A stretch of 64,000 bases of DNA from Anthoceros angustus (taxonomy: Eukaryota; Plantae; Anthocerotophyta). The notes under the pieces are model-generated. The model worked only from the letters and a program-made list of their open reading frames with translations. It searched no databases and was not told the origin of the DNA. Below, piece by piece: positions 22,302 to 34,800 of this stretch. The stretch spans positions 62,001-126,000 of the forward strand of contig MU008211.1 of the NCBI GenBank assembly GCA_010909165.1, given 5' to 3'. The first letter of the stretch is position 1, and each line of letters opens with the position of its first letter. A program made the position numbers and the translations under genes.

Positions 22302-25300
22302 TGTCACGACCGGAGAGGCAAGGGGTCACTCGAACCCCTCACCTCCGAGCCCCTGTGACGAAGAGGCAATAAGGAATCATGGCCAAGAGGGCCAAGGAGG
22401 GTGAAGCTCCGACTGCAGACCGTGGACCTAAGAGACCGATTAGTCGAGAGCCCCCCGGACTCACTCCCATCGGGGGTATGGAGGTCCTTGGCGGACTGTG
22501 AGATGCCCGCCTCCCACCACGGACTTTTGGGGCCTCACAATGGCGGCCGTGGAAGAGACACGCGAGTCTGCCACCACATGGATCTGTGATGCTCGGGGTC
22601 TCTCAAGGGATGCCAGAAGACCCAGAAGTGGAAGCCACAAGGAGGCGATGGTGCTCCTCCAGAGCAATTGGAGGCGGCCCAGGAGGCGAGGAGGAAGGCT
22701 AAGCCTGGCCGCATCAAGAAGGGAAACGCCGAGGCCGAAGAGAAGTCCGGGTCCATCTGACAGATCGACTAAATTCCTTCACCGGGTGAGCTGCAGCATG
22801 AGGCCCAAGCGGGCCAAGACCTCGCAGTGAGAGGGGTAGCGCAGGAGGAGGAGGCCCGAGCGCAAGCAAAGAAGGCGCGCGACTGGCCGAGGCGGCCCTA
22901 CCGACCAAGCACTAAGCCGGGCGGCCTGTGTGAAGGCGGGAGGCGGAAGTCACTGCTAAGATCGACCGCGATCACTATCGGCGTGATCGAACCGGTGGAG
23001 GGAGACTAGGATAGGCGCTAACTCAAGACGGAGCAGGAGGCGGCGGAGCAGGGCCACCATGCCGAGGAGAAGGAAGCCCGAGACAAGGATATGGAGGATC
23101 TCCTGACTCCGCGGCGCGAGGTGGAGCAACAGGAGATGGAAGACCGCAAAGAGACTCGAGTCCCAAGTTACCATTGAGCGGAATGGTATCTGCAGGCGTG
23201 ATCACGATCACGAACGAGAGATAGAGCGGCTCCAGCTACCTGAGGAGGAGGCATGGCGATGGAACAAGGAGCTGGACGCCGAAATGGAGAAGGACTGACG
23301 AGCACGCAATCGGGCAGAGTTGCCCGACCGCCCTGAGAGGGAGATGGCGAGCTAAAGGCCGTGATGAACGGGAGCGAGAGCACCGGAAAAAAGAAGCCGC
23401 TGGTCCGGGAAGGCGGAAGGGGAGCGCCGCTTATGGCGGGGCAGCAGAGCGGAAACGACGGAGCCGGAGCAAAGTGAGCAACAACAAGTGCGGTGAGGTG
23501 ACCGAGGCGCCCTTGTGGCCTCGCGAGATTCGCCCACCCAACAACTGGCAGGAGATGGTCCAAAGAAGTGACAAAGACCTCCCCGAGCACCAATGGCGAA
23601 AGGAGTATCGGTGCTCCGGCACATGTGGAAGAGGCCATCCAAAGAATTGACTTGATTTTGCCTACTACCACACCGAGCTCCTTAAGGCATTGAAGCCTCC
23701 GCTACAAACTGGACGGACCCTAAGGCTAAGGGATGAAGGACATGGGGACAGACGGGACCCTAGTGGCCTGCTTGGAGACGACACGGGGAGAAGAGCCTCA
23801 GAGGAGCAGACGCCCAATACAACGGACCTCGTGGTAAGTCCACCGCAACCTGCCCGGGAGGATAGAGGGGCCCTGAAAGGGGCGCGGAAGGAGAAAACCA
23901 ACCCGACCCAAGACAAGGGTTGGTGGGTAGAGGAGGGCCTAGCAGTAAGAGGTCCGCAGATAAGGGGTCCGGAGCTTGGGGACCGGACCGCGGTAATAAG
24001 TTCGGACCCTGAGGTCCGAACCCCGAGATGAGACCGACCCGCAGACCGACTCAGAAACAAGGCGACTCAAGTTCAGACTCGGAGTCGAGACCGACCCCGA
24101 GGTCCGGACTCAGCAAGGAGGAGTCCCACTCACGCCCGGGCCCCTACCGGAGGGGACCCACCGGGGCTGGGGAAGACGTTGTGGTAACGGCTGCCGACCG
24201 CCGAGCCCAACCCGATGTGATTCCGGAAGAGGAAGGGTCCCGCGGATCATCCGATTGGGTGCGCCGCAAATGTCGACGGAGATTGGACCACCAATACCGA
24301 GACGGAACCTGTGACCTTCCTGTGCCCACCACCGAAGGAGATAGGAGGAATAGGATGGTAGGGGCGCATCGGGCTGGCCACCACTAATAGGGTGTAATAA
24401 AGACGCCGACTTGGGCGTAGTATAAGAGGGCCGAGGCCGCTCAATAAATCATCTTCTCTTGGTGTTGATGCTGCTGCTTGCACCTTGTGTGTCTTCATGC
24501 TAACGTGAGTCGAGTCACCGAAAGCTGCACGACAGCCTCAAGAGATTGATCAAGGTCCCGTGACGACCCTAACGTGGTGGTGGTGTGTGCAGGAGAGCGA
24601 CCGGGGACCCGTGCCCGTGAGCAGGCCCGCCAAACCTGACCGAACGCGTGAGCCGGAGGAACTCCGCGGCGTCTGAGCCGGACGGAGGCCCGGTTGAGCG
24701 GAGGTCGGGGTGTAGCCACTTGCGTTCTTTCCAAGGTTGATGAGCGAGGGAGAGTGATGAGAGGAACGGACTAAAGGGACGAGTGACGGTGGGAACGATA
24801 CGGACGCAAACGGGTCCTTAAACGCTTGGCCACCGGGTCTGCGGTGAACGCAGGAGTTAGGACGAAACGACGATTGCGTGTGTTAAAGTTGAGCTGACGA
24901 GCAAAGTAAGGTGAGAAACGAAACGCTGCAAACGGAGCTTATCATTCTGGGAATGCACTCCTTACTACAACGACACGGATTGTGCCGTGGCGGTGGAGCG
25001 AAATGCCACACAAGAGGAAACAACATTCCTTGTGGAATTGTGTGAGGGTGGCGCCCTTTTATGTGTGTGTGAGAGCGGTTGTGAGGGATCCAAGGAGCTT
25101 TGGTCCCTAGGAATTGGTGTGTGCATGAAGCGTGGAGTGCAAGATAAAGTCCGATCCGCATGCAGTAGCCGCCTGCAGGGATCCACCGCGGCGCAAATAA
25201 GTTGCTAGGGTTTGGCGTGGGACCCACCCCGGTTGCCGTAGCAACTACCCGGTAGTGGTGAGAGCCACCGCGGTAGTAGCTCGGGAACGGAGGTCGTGGA

Positions 25301-25524
25301 ATAAGATCGGTGATAGTTGGACAAGTCGGGAAGTAGTAGTAGTTGAGTAGACAGGTAAGAGGAGTGATAGCAGGTAAGTCCTAACTTAGGCGAAGGTCAG
25401 TAGCGATAGAAGTTAGCGTCTCTTGGCACAAACCATTCCCTTGGGAGCGAATCCTAGGCCTACAACGACATTGAGGGTGAATGTGGACCTCATGGTGTCT
25501 CTAGACACAAGTTTCCACCCCACA
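22302..25524 (+). mobile_element. Degenerate LTR-element derivative (coiled-coil ORF remnants, internal segments, LTR)
   Basis: Begins TGTCACGAC, cutting the 2.5-kb unit. E/R/K-rich broken ORF 22400-23650. Segment 24393-24990 matches 50575-51192 inverted, and 24985-25140 matches 47700-47850 inverted. Ends in the family LTR. Confidence 0.55.
25131..25524 (+). repeat. LTR of the TGTGGAGTG...CACTCCACA family
   Basis: CGTGGAGTG...CACCCCACA; homologous to 40900-41283 (minus) and 51198-51578 (plus). Confidence 0.75.
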
Positions 25525-27908
25525 CCATCCTCGCTCGAGCCCCTTCTGCACCTTCTTCCTGCTCACCCGCCTTTCACAATTCTCTGGTACACTTCGGATC
25601 CGCCGACATAGACTTTACGTCTGGTTTGAGTCTGGCAGTGCCAGGCGGCCTTCTAACCGGTCCTTGCCGCTATCTCGCGACCCTCGTGATGTATACGCTT
25701 ATCACCATTCAAAAGAGGCTGGACATGCTCCTCCTCTGTTGCTCATGACCAGTGGTTTGCTTCTTTGACTTTCCACCTTGGTGGAGAGGTAGCGGCGGGT
25801 CAAACCCGCTTACCATCCGGAGCTTGATGCTATTACTCTCCCCGCCGACGGTTGCCTTCGTGGGGACTGACATGAGCATCCGCGGGTCTTCGCAATGCAC
25901 CCCTCTCCCCACCTCGCCCAGCCTGCCTGCTCTAAATTGGTGGAGCTCCTCTCTTCCCTAGCCCAATCCAAATGGATGATGGGCGTAAGATGCAAGATAT
26001 GATGGCGGCCTAGCCTCTCCACTTCCTCTCGCCAAAGATGGAAAGAGGAGTTTTCCCAAGCAACGAGTCTCCCCTGATATGCATCGCCATTTGATTCGCC
26101 CGTAGCTGGCTGTGGGGGCATATGAGCAGGAGCTCCTACTCCGAGTCATGCGCCAAGATACCGCCTCCTGTTGGAGCTTGGCCCAAAGTCACATCAGCGT
26201 TCTGACCCTCAAGCCGCTCATACTTCAAGACTATCCGAGTTCACCCGCAGCTGCCATGAATCTGGACACCCGCTCCTGTATGATGATATTGAGGAGAAAA
26301 GCTGTAGGTGATGCTTGGACTATGCACCCTCTCGTGAAAGTTGGGCTGCTTTTGAATCAACAAAAAACCAAAAGCTGGATTTGCGAAAACCACTGTCCAA
26401 GGATATAGCTGCAGGGCAGCTAGCTTGGCGACTTGGGCAAGATCTCATAATGAAGTTTGGCATGTATGTGTGCCCTTCTTCTTGTTAGGATTTATGCAAT
26501 ATTTTGATCTCTAAGCTTACATCTGCAGATTATCTCTTAATCAAACAGCTTGTAAATTGCAAGATCCATTTTCATCGGTACACTTCACAGATCTCACATA
26601 TATGGTCATGATTCTGTGTGCGCTCCCCATTCTATGTGTGGTGCACACAATTTCCAATAATTGTAGTCCATCATAGTTTATGGGAACTTTGCTTGCTGTG
26701 TTGTGTTGTTGGTCACACTTTGCTTGTTGTATTGTGAGTTGTTGATTATATCTACATTCTCTCTATGCTTTGTTGTCTTTCTTAGGAAATTAAAGATGCT
26801 TGAGGCAATAATTTGTTTTGGTGTCCAACTTTAATGTTTTGATAGCATTCTTGCATGGCTAACTGGGGTCCGAGCTCCCCCAATGAGGACTGTCCATGAC
26901 AAACACAAAAAAACACCGTCCCCTCCATAAATAGGCTTGTAAAACAACGGTATGGCTCAAGGGCCATATAGGGTCTCACACAAGCTGTAACAAGGTAAGG
27001 CCTGCGGAACGAATTCTGCTTTGCTACGCGTGCATACGGGCTTATGGTAATCGCGATGCAGCAAATAGGCATACAGTCATATGGGGGATGTCATACAGAC
27101 AATCATACATATGCCCAGCCTTGGTTCGAACTATGGCACGGGGTGCCGTACGAAGTTCAGAGCAAGCCCGCGCACATACACGCGTCACAGGGTCAAGGGG
27201 CTCAAGCTGGAAAGAGAATGACTTGCTGGTGGTGGCTAACACGAGAGATGAAAACGTCTTTCAGCAACGGGTTTCAAGGCTGTGTGGAAACAAGGTGGTC
27301 ACACCGGCACAGCCTACTGTTGGAAGCGGAGAGAGACACTGATGAGACTCTGCCTCGGAAGCCCAGCTATTCCTACCAGACTTAATACTTCAGCTTGGCA
27401 TGAGTAGCTGACCCCGATCCCTCCACGCCTCTCTACTCCCGTCCACAAAACCAAGCTTCTTCCGCCCGCATCGGCCATGCACTAAACTAAGCAGGCTCTC
27501 TTTCAAACCATTCCGCGGTGAGTCCTAGGAAGCCCCTTCCGTTTCCCATCAGGCCATACTCGACACAAGGCCCCAAGGCACCTGCCAAATGACCCTTCTA
27601 GCTTGGCCGCGGCCGCCGACTGTGCAAAACGGGGCCTCCGGGACAAGTGGTACCGGCCGGTGAAATGGCCGACAGCATTACATCAGCACACAGGCAGCCA
27701 GCCAGGCTGCCACCTCAGATCGGACGTAGGGACATACAGGCCGACAATACCTATGGCCCACCTACTGTCATGGACTCCGAGGAAATCTCAAAATAGACGG
27801 ATTCGGCCGCACACTGTGCTGCTCGGATAAGATCACTGCCTTCACGGACTCCTCTTTGTAGTTTCCATGGAGCTAGATTGCCACATATCTGCCTTTAGTG
27901 ATCAAAGG

Positions 27909-29390
27909 CTATGAGACTCTACAGGAGGTGGCAAGCGAATGACAACCTTCGTACAGCTCCAGTCCCGGCCTGCCCAACTCCGCTTCTTGGAAGCAAGCGC
28001 ACCTTTTGCTCACCGTGCCCTTGTAAGGGCCCTGGGCAGCTTTCTGCACCTTCCGGGGATACCCAGATTGGCACCAAACCTGGACATGACATCTGGTTAT
28101 TGACTGTGCATGGAACGTGCTGGATGCCGTTGTTGGTAGCTGCATGCTGACCTGAGACCCGTCCTCTGACGACCACCGTGAGTTGCAGTTCACATACGAC
28201 TCCTCGTCGGCCTTCTGATGCTTCGCTTTCTCTGCTCCCACGGCTGCTTGCTTCTCCACATTTAACAACTCAGCACTGGGCTTCCCACCTGAGTCGTAAT
28301 ACCTTCCAACCAGCTTGCCAGCGTATCTGCATTGCAGATGCAGAATAAGAGACAGCAAGGCCGATAGAACGATTCTTCTGCAGCCTACAGCATGTGTAGT
28401 AGTCGGGGTCAGCTGCATACCTGTAATTCTTGTGGTAGAAGCTTCTCCAGTCATCGATGCTCTTGATCTAAATGTGGCATCCACCGCAACATGGTTACAC
28501 AAGCACATGGACAAGAGCATGAGCACCATGTATTAGACAGTCACCTGTAAGGGAGACAGCCCCTCCACTGAGTCAGTGAGACCACCTGCGCAGAGTCCAC
28601 AGATGACTTGAGATCCGACCATGTACTGAATCTGCACTTCGGCACAGAGGTCATTGGTAAAAGAATGGTTACCAGTAAAATCACCGGTCACAAACGCACG
28701 ACTGCCATCCCTGCAACAGACACGAGCAATGGGGAAACAGTGGTCAGCACATACATAAGCGTGCAGAAACATGGCAGAACCGTCTGTGGACAACAGAAGC
28801 ATGGAGTGAGAAACTACCGCCCAGCAAAGTGATGGTATGCTCCACCGGGTCCGTAGTGTTCAGAGCCTTTGCTAACGTCAAAGACGCTCCTGGCCTTGCC
28901 ACAACACACGATACATCCGACAACTCAGCGTCTCACTTCCAGTATCCCAAGGGCAGCCATGACCAGGCTTGCTTCAAACTCCTCATCCATGAGGCTGTCC
29001 TGGAAAGACCCAAAACCTACCCCAAAATGCTCAGACAGATAGCATGCTGTTTGCTGGAACCATCATGCTTGGCAAGTTCTTCCGGTGTCCAAAGCCTCTG
29101 AGATAGAGAACCAGTAAACCCATTCAGCAAACCTGATATTCCACAAGACATCAGCCCAAGAAACCGCCCAGGTGTACCGAATTGCTTGAGTCGGAACCGA
29201 TGAACCGCAATATGACAGCAGCCACCACAACTGCCACAGCGACCGGGATGCATCCCAGAGCAGGATTCTCGGCGATCCCTGCTCCCTTTGCCGCCTCCAG
29301 ATAGCGGCGGATCTCCTCGTCGTCCCGTGCTTCCTCAGAGCTGGACACCGGCCGCCTACGCAGCGCGTCTTTTCCTGACCCATCCGCCAT
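27909..29390 (-). CDS. MAPR4: Membrane-associated progesterone/steroid-binding cytochrome b5-like protein (MAPR4/neuferricin type), multi-exon
   Basis: Spliced: N-terminal TM [102 protein letters not shown]; GT-AG introns of ~70-130 bp. Confidence 0.92.
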
Positions 29391-29487
29391 GGAGAACGGT
29401 ATTCCTTTTCAGCAGTCCTATATATATGCACCTCTCTTCTTTTACGGGCAGCTGTTGTTGGGTCGTTGGTGTTGATCACGGGTAACC
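29391..29487. promoter_or_regulatory. 97-bp divergent intergenic region with central TATATATAT
   Basis: ATGs at 29390 (minus) and 29488 (plus); TATATATAT at 29419-29427. Confidence 0.6.
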
Positions 29488-30382
29488 ATGGCGTTCCGAA
29501 AGAGTTTGCTAGTAACATTCTCCGTCCTCCTCCTCGCGATCGCAGGTGGGTCCGGCAGGCGTGATCTATTGTTGTGGGTATTCTTTCGGCGGAGCAGCTG
29601 CACATTCCTTCTTGTCGAGTTAACGTGTGGCCATCTCAGTTGTCGCCAAGCAAGAGAAGGAGGTGAAGGAGCTTCAGATTGGGGTGAAGGTACTGACTCA
29701 TTCCCTGCTCTACAATGTGGAGTTCGCTCTCGTGCCCCATGTTCTGATTTGGCCCTGGCGCCTTACAGTTTAAACCCACAACATGCGAACTTCAAGCTCG
29801 TAAGGGGGATACAGTGAAGGTGCACTACAAGGTAGGGTTTTTCTGCTTGCTTTCAAAAGGCTTTGATCCATAGCCTTGTGTGTTCGATCTTAATGTCCGA
29901 GTGCTGCATTGTTTGATCAGGGGACTCTCACAGACGGAACCGTATTCGATTCAAGTTATGAAAGGGGCGATCCTATTGAGTTCGCGTTGGGAGCTGGCCG
30001 GGTGATCAAAGGTGTGTCTCCTGCTGCTGTATCTACCAAAAATACCGGGCGCTTGAGCTAACTACATGATTTTGGTGCTCAGGTTGGGATCAAGGTATCT
30101 TGGGGATGTGTCTGGGGGAGAAGAGGAAACTCAAGATTCCTAGCAAGTTGGGTTACGGAGACAGAGGATCTCCCCCAAAGATTCCAGGTTCCCAGAAGTC
30201 CGGATACCTGCTTTCTCTTTTCATCTGAATTCTTGCTCCTGCTCGTACACGGTTAGTCTTGGCACTGAAATGTTTTGTTGTATGCTGGGGCAGGTGGAGC
30301 CACTCTCATCTTTGACACAGAGTTGGTCGCTGTCAATGGCCTATCCAGTGTTACGAGCTTTCCGGGGCACGATGAGATTTAG
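29488..30382 (+). CDS. FKBP15: ER-luminal FK506-binding peptidyl-prolyl isomerase (FKBP15/FKBP2 type), 6 exons
   Basis: Signal peptide [19 protein letters not shown]; [105 protein letters not shown]...HDEI stop. Confidence 0.95.
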
Positions 30383-30468
30383 GCTGGATGGTTTTGCGTT
30401 TCGCCTTATGTCTTATGCACTTGGAGCCTAGCGCACATTGTAATTTATCTTCTCATCATGCTCACAAG

Positions 30469-31300
30469 CTATGGCTTGAAGGTGTCGAGTAGGAGGATTG
30501 CAACTTGCTCTGGGTCGGTGTGTAGGAATGAGAATCCTGCTTGGTGTAAAAGCGCGGCCTCTTGTGCTGAGCCTCTCCATGTTCCCGTCTGGTGTGGGAA
30601 CACAAAATGGCATTCAACCTGACCTCCCCTTCCGTCACTTGTTTGATACATTTTCAGGGTGTACTCAATGTTGCCCCGGCTTCCTTTCTTTGTAGTCATG
30701 AGCTGGCTTCCCTTATCAACTGTTTGCAATGCCTGCTTCATTCTTGAGTTACTGGAGGCTACGAGGGGCAGACAGCAGCTGTAGTTCACTGCTCCATCCA
30801 TCCTTGCCTCATAGAACATTTTCTCCTCGTCCGGGGAGAAATTCCAAGTGAGAATAAGGTGGTGGCTTCCGGATCCAGGAACGCATGTCAGCCGGCTCTC
30901 AGCATACGGCAGTAGCCACCGTGTGTACCAAGCATAGATATCTGGAAACCAGCCATTGTGCAAGACAGCCTGCAACCTATTGGATGCCTTGATCGCTCCT
31001 CTCACCAACCTGTCCTCGCCAAACCGCTTTGCTTTGAGCATGAAACTCCCTCCCTCGTTCAGTGCTTCACGTGATAGGACGTGAACTCCTTCGCTCCCAC
31101 AACATAGCACCGGTTTCACCAAAGACTTGAAAATTTGGAGCCGCATATTGAAGTCAAAATGGTCTTTCTTTTGCGTCTTGGACAACAGACATTGTAATGC
31201 GGTGCCTGCTGCAGAGCATCTGTCCTCCTCTTGCTGCCATTTCCTGATTGTACATGATTTTGAGTGCTCAAGCTTGTTGTTATTTACATCAATCTAGAAA
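30469..31300 (-). mobile_element. Non-LTR retrotransposon (LINE) post-RT C-terminal remnant
   Basis: AAGTALQCLL...LQIFKSLVKPVLCCGSE, DRLVRGAI..W, QTGTWRG and LHTDPEQVA resemble the region downstream of RT in RTE-like LINEs; no YADD seen. Confidence 0.55.
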
Positions 31301-31854
31301 TGCAGGAAAGCAGGCGCCTATACACGACGAAAATCAACAAGGCATGCTTAGGTCATCTTTCCAAATGCAAGGTTCCCTGTCACTGACGTGGGACGGAAAG
31401 GATCCTCGAAACGGTACAGTTCTAAGGAATTCAGGCTAGTTCACAGTTTCATTGATCGAAGAGGTAGCAGATAAACCTCTTATCCCTGTCGGGAAGCTTT
31501 CTCCAGATCAGGTACAACGGGCATACTGTCCATAAGCATATGAACAAACAATACACTAACAGTACACTGCATGACCAGGCTACATTCTACACTGCTACCG
31601 GGCAGGTCGTCCCGCCACAGAACGGACCCAACTAAGGCTTCCTTCTGGCGTTCGGCATTCAGCATTTCCCACTGCCATTACGATGTGCACAGACGCCCCT
31701 CTGAAAACTCGTTGCGACAAGGGCACCTACAGGCTATGGTAGTGTCCTTTCCCCCTCCTGAAGGGTTGTGCAAATTTATAGAAACCTCCCTGTCTGTCCA
31801 AAAAAATTTTAAATCTAACATGATGGGGGAAAAGAATTGAGGGGAAGAAGAACC

Positions 31855-34800
31855 TCACTTGTAGAGATTCCTTCGCAGCTGTCGCCCCATTCCTCCCAGA
31901 CCATCGACAACACGGAGCAACGCAGCCCACCACTGGTCCTCAGAAATGCCCCGCCTCTCTAATTCCTCATGTATCTCATTATCATGTTCTCTTAACATGA
32001 TTTCTTGCAACAACTTGGCAGCATCGCGACTGCGCTCAATTATGGTCTCCTGCTGTCCTTCGGCAGCATCACAGAAAGCCTTCAAATCACGGTTTGAGCT
32101 TGTCAAACTCATAGCCAGAGCCCATTTTGCTGCGGTCTCCCATCTTGCAGTAATTCTATCTCTGTCCTGTCCTCGCCGTGCTTCCTGCTCTCTCTTTTCT
32201 TCCAGCGCTTCCAAAACCAGCTGCTGCAAGTGACGAGCATTTGCAGCACCAGTGCTCCTGACCATTCCAGCAAAGTGACTGTCCTCCTTGGCCAGCAGAT
32301 TATAAGGAGTGTCAAACTCAATCACCTGGCCATTGTCAAGGACAAGGATGCGGTCACTGTCAATTATTGTGTTCAACCTGTGGGCAATGATGAGCATCGT
32401 GCAAGATTTGAATTCCTCCCGAATAGTTCTCTGGATAAGTGCATCCGTTGCAACATCTACGGCCGCAGTTGCTTCATCAAGCACCAAAATCTTAGACCTC
32501 CGCAATAGTGCTCGAGCAAGACTTAGAAGTTGTCTTTGCCCCACACTGAAGTTGTCACCCCCCTCCGAAACGTCCATGTCAAGACCAGAAGTGTTGCGTC
32601 TGACAACATCCTTGAGATGCGCCCTTTCCAGCGCCTCCCAGAGATCACCGTCACTGTGCTCGCTAAAAGGATCCAGATTGAACCTGATGGTGCCAGAAAA
32701 CAGGACAGGAACCTGAGGGATAATTCCCAAGTGTCTCCTGTGGTCTGCCAACCCAATGCTGGCAATGACAAGGTTATCAATCAAAATCTGACCATGCTCA
32801 ACCTCCACTATTCGGAAAAGAGCATTCATCATACTCGATTTTCCAGCCCCTGTCCTGCCCACAATCCCAATTTTCTCATGAGGCTTGACACTGAAGGACA
32901 GGTCGTTCAACACTGGAGGCAATTCTGGCCGGTACCGCAGCACAATATCTCGGAACTCTATAGCTCCTGCATCCGGCCAGCCTGGTGGCGGACGAGTGTC
33001 CTCAATAACTAGCGGACCTTCAGGTGGAATGTCAGTGTAGGTTCCAACTCTTTCAACAGCATTGAAACTGGTCTCAGCCACACTGGCAAGGCGCAGGACT
33101 CCCGTCATGAGACTAGTAATGTTTAAAGCGTAGCTCAGAAGCAGACCCATCTGAGGAGCAAATGTTGCTGGGTTAGAGGCTCGAGCAGTCCCCAGTACAG
33201 CCAGAAATGCAGTAACAAAGATCATAAGGCCCCCGAGGAACTCCAGGCGAATACCAAGCCACCGATTTGCGCTCATATTCACGAGAGTGTAGCGCACGTT
33301 GGTGTCCATAGTTGCAGCATTCATATGGGCCATGCGATCATGTGCCTTGAAAGCACGTATGGTGGCCAAACCATTCAAAGCTTCACTGAACTGCGCATAT
33401 ACTGGAGATCGTGTGACTGAATCAAGACGCTTCACCTCACGTGCAGTGGCTTGGAAATATTCATATGCATAGTAGAACATAAGAAGAAGAGGTAACACAG
33501 CCCAAAGGGACAAGGAGCTCACATAACCAATCATGAAGAAGGTGGACATCAACTGGAAAAGCGAGCTCAGGAACATGTTGGTGAAAATTGCAACATTGCG
33601 GTCAATGTCACCTGTGTCCTTGGCAAACCTGTTAATGATTCTACCTATAGGATTGGAGTGAAAAAACGACATGGGTGCCCTCAAAATCGCTCCAAGCATA
33701 CCATCATGCAGGCTCCTAGCAGCAGCCAGACTTGAGAAAACAAGCCAGAAAGAGTTACTAAGGGTGACTAGTACCTGAGAGAAAGATAAGATGGCATAAA
33801 CAGCGTTGTAAAAATTTGGTGAGTGCGATTTGGTTCTCGATACATCGGTCCAGACGCTGAGCCACGCGCTGCTTGAGAGCCTGACCACTTCTGCCGAAAC
33901 ATAAAGGCAAAACAGAACGGCAATCACCCAAGCTCCACCTGCTGCAGCCTGGTATCTGCGCAGTACTTTGGCACTGATGACCCCGGTTTCTCTTTCCTCA
34001 GTTTTGATCAACACCGACTTTGCCTTAGTCTCTACAACCTTGTTACTAGGCTTCTTGGAAAAGCTGGGAGCCCTTGTCACTTCACCACCATTCAGTACTA
34101 CAAGGTTTGCCTCAGGCGAGCTACCTTCAGCAGCATCGTGATTGGTATCCATTGACACCTCCTGCTCAGCATCCTCCAGACTTCCCGCATTCTCCATCAG
34201 CAGCTTAAACAGAGGACCATTTTCCAACAGTTCCTCAAACGTACCCTGCTCCCTCACGGCTCCTTCATGGACAAGAAAGACCTTGTCCACATGGGCCAGA
34301 AAATGCAGTTGATTTGTAGCAAAAACAATGGTCTTGCCCTTCAACTCTTCCTTCATACAGGTCTCAAACACCTGCTTCGCCACATGTGCATCCAGAGCAC
34401 TGAGAGGATCATCGAACAGATAGACATCGGCATCTGCGTACACTGCCCTAGCAATGGACACCCGCTGTTTCTGCCCACCACTGATGTTCACACCTCGCTC
34501 TCCAATCTCTGTAAGGTCACCACCTGGAAGAAGCTGCAAGTCGTGCTCCAATGCACTGACCTTTATTGCTCTGCTATACCGAACGGGGTCGAAGGGAAGG
34601 CCAAACAAAACGTTGTCCCGGACCGTTGCATTGAAAATCCACGATACTTGTGGCACATAAGCTACATTCCCTCTAATAACGGCTTCGCTGGTCGCAACAG
34701 GTGGCATCTCACACAACATGGCGCTAAGAAGAGATGACTTACCCTCTCCAGTTCCTCCAACCACGGCAACACAGCTGCCTACCGGCACATCCAGGTTGAT

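Noticed and set aside
24393-24969. Independent LTR (TGTAATAA...TTACTACA)
   Set aside because: The termini look LTR-like, but homology with 50575-51192 continues past the CA, and there is no PBS or TSD; treated as an internal segment
26260-27840. Small spliced gene downstream of MAPR4
   Set aside because: Some intron-like tracts, but no coherent exon chain or known motif could be built
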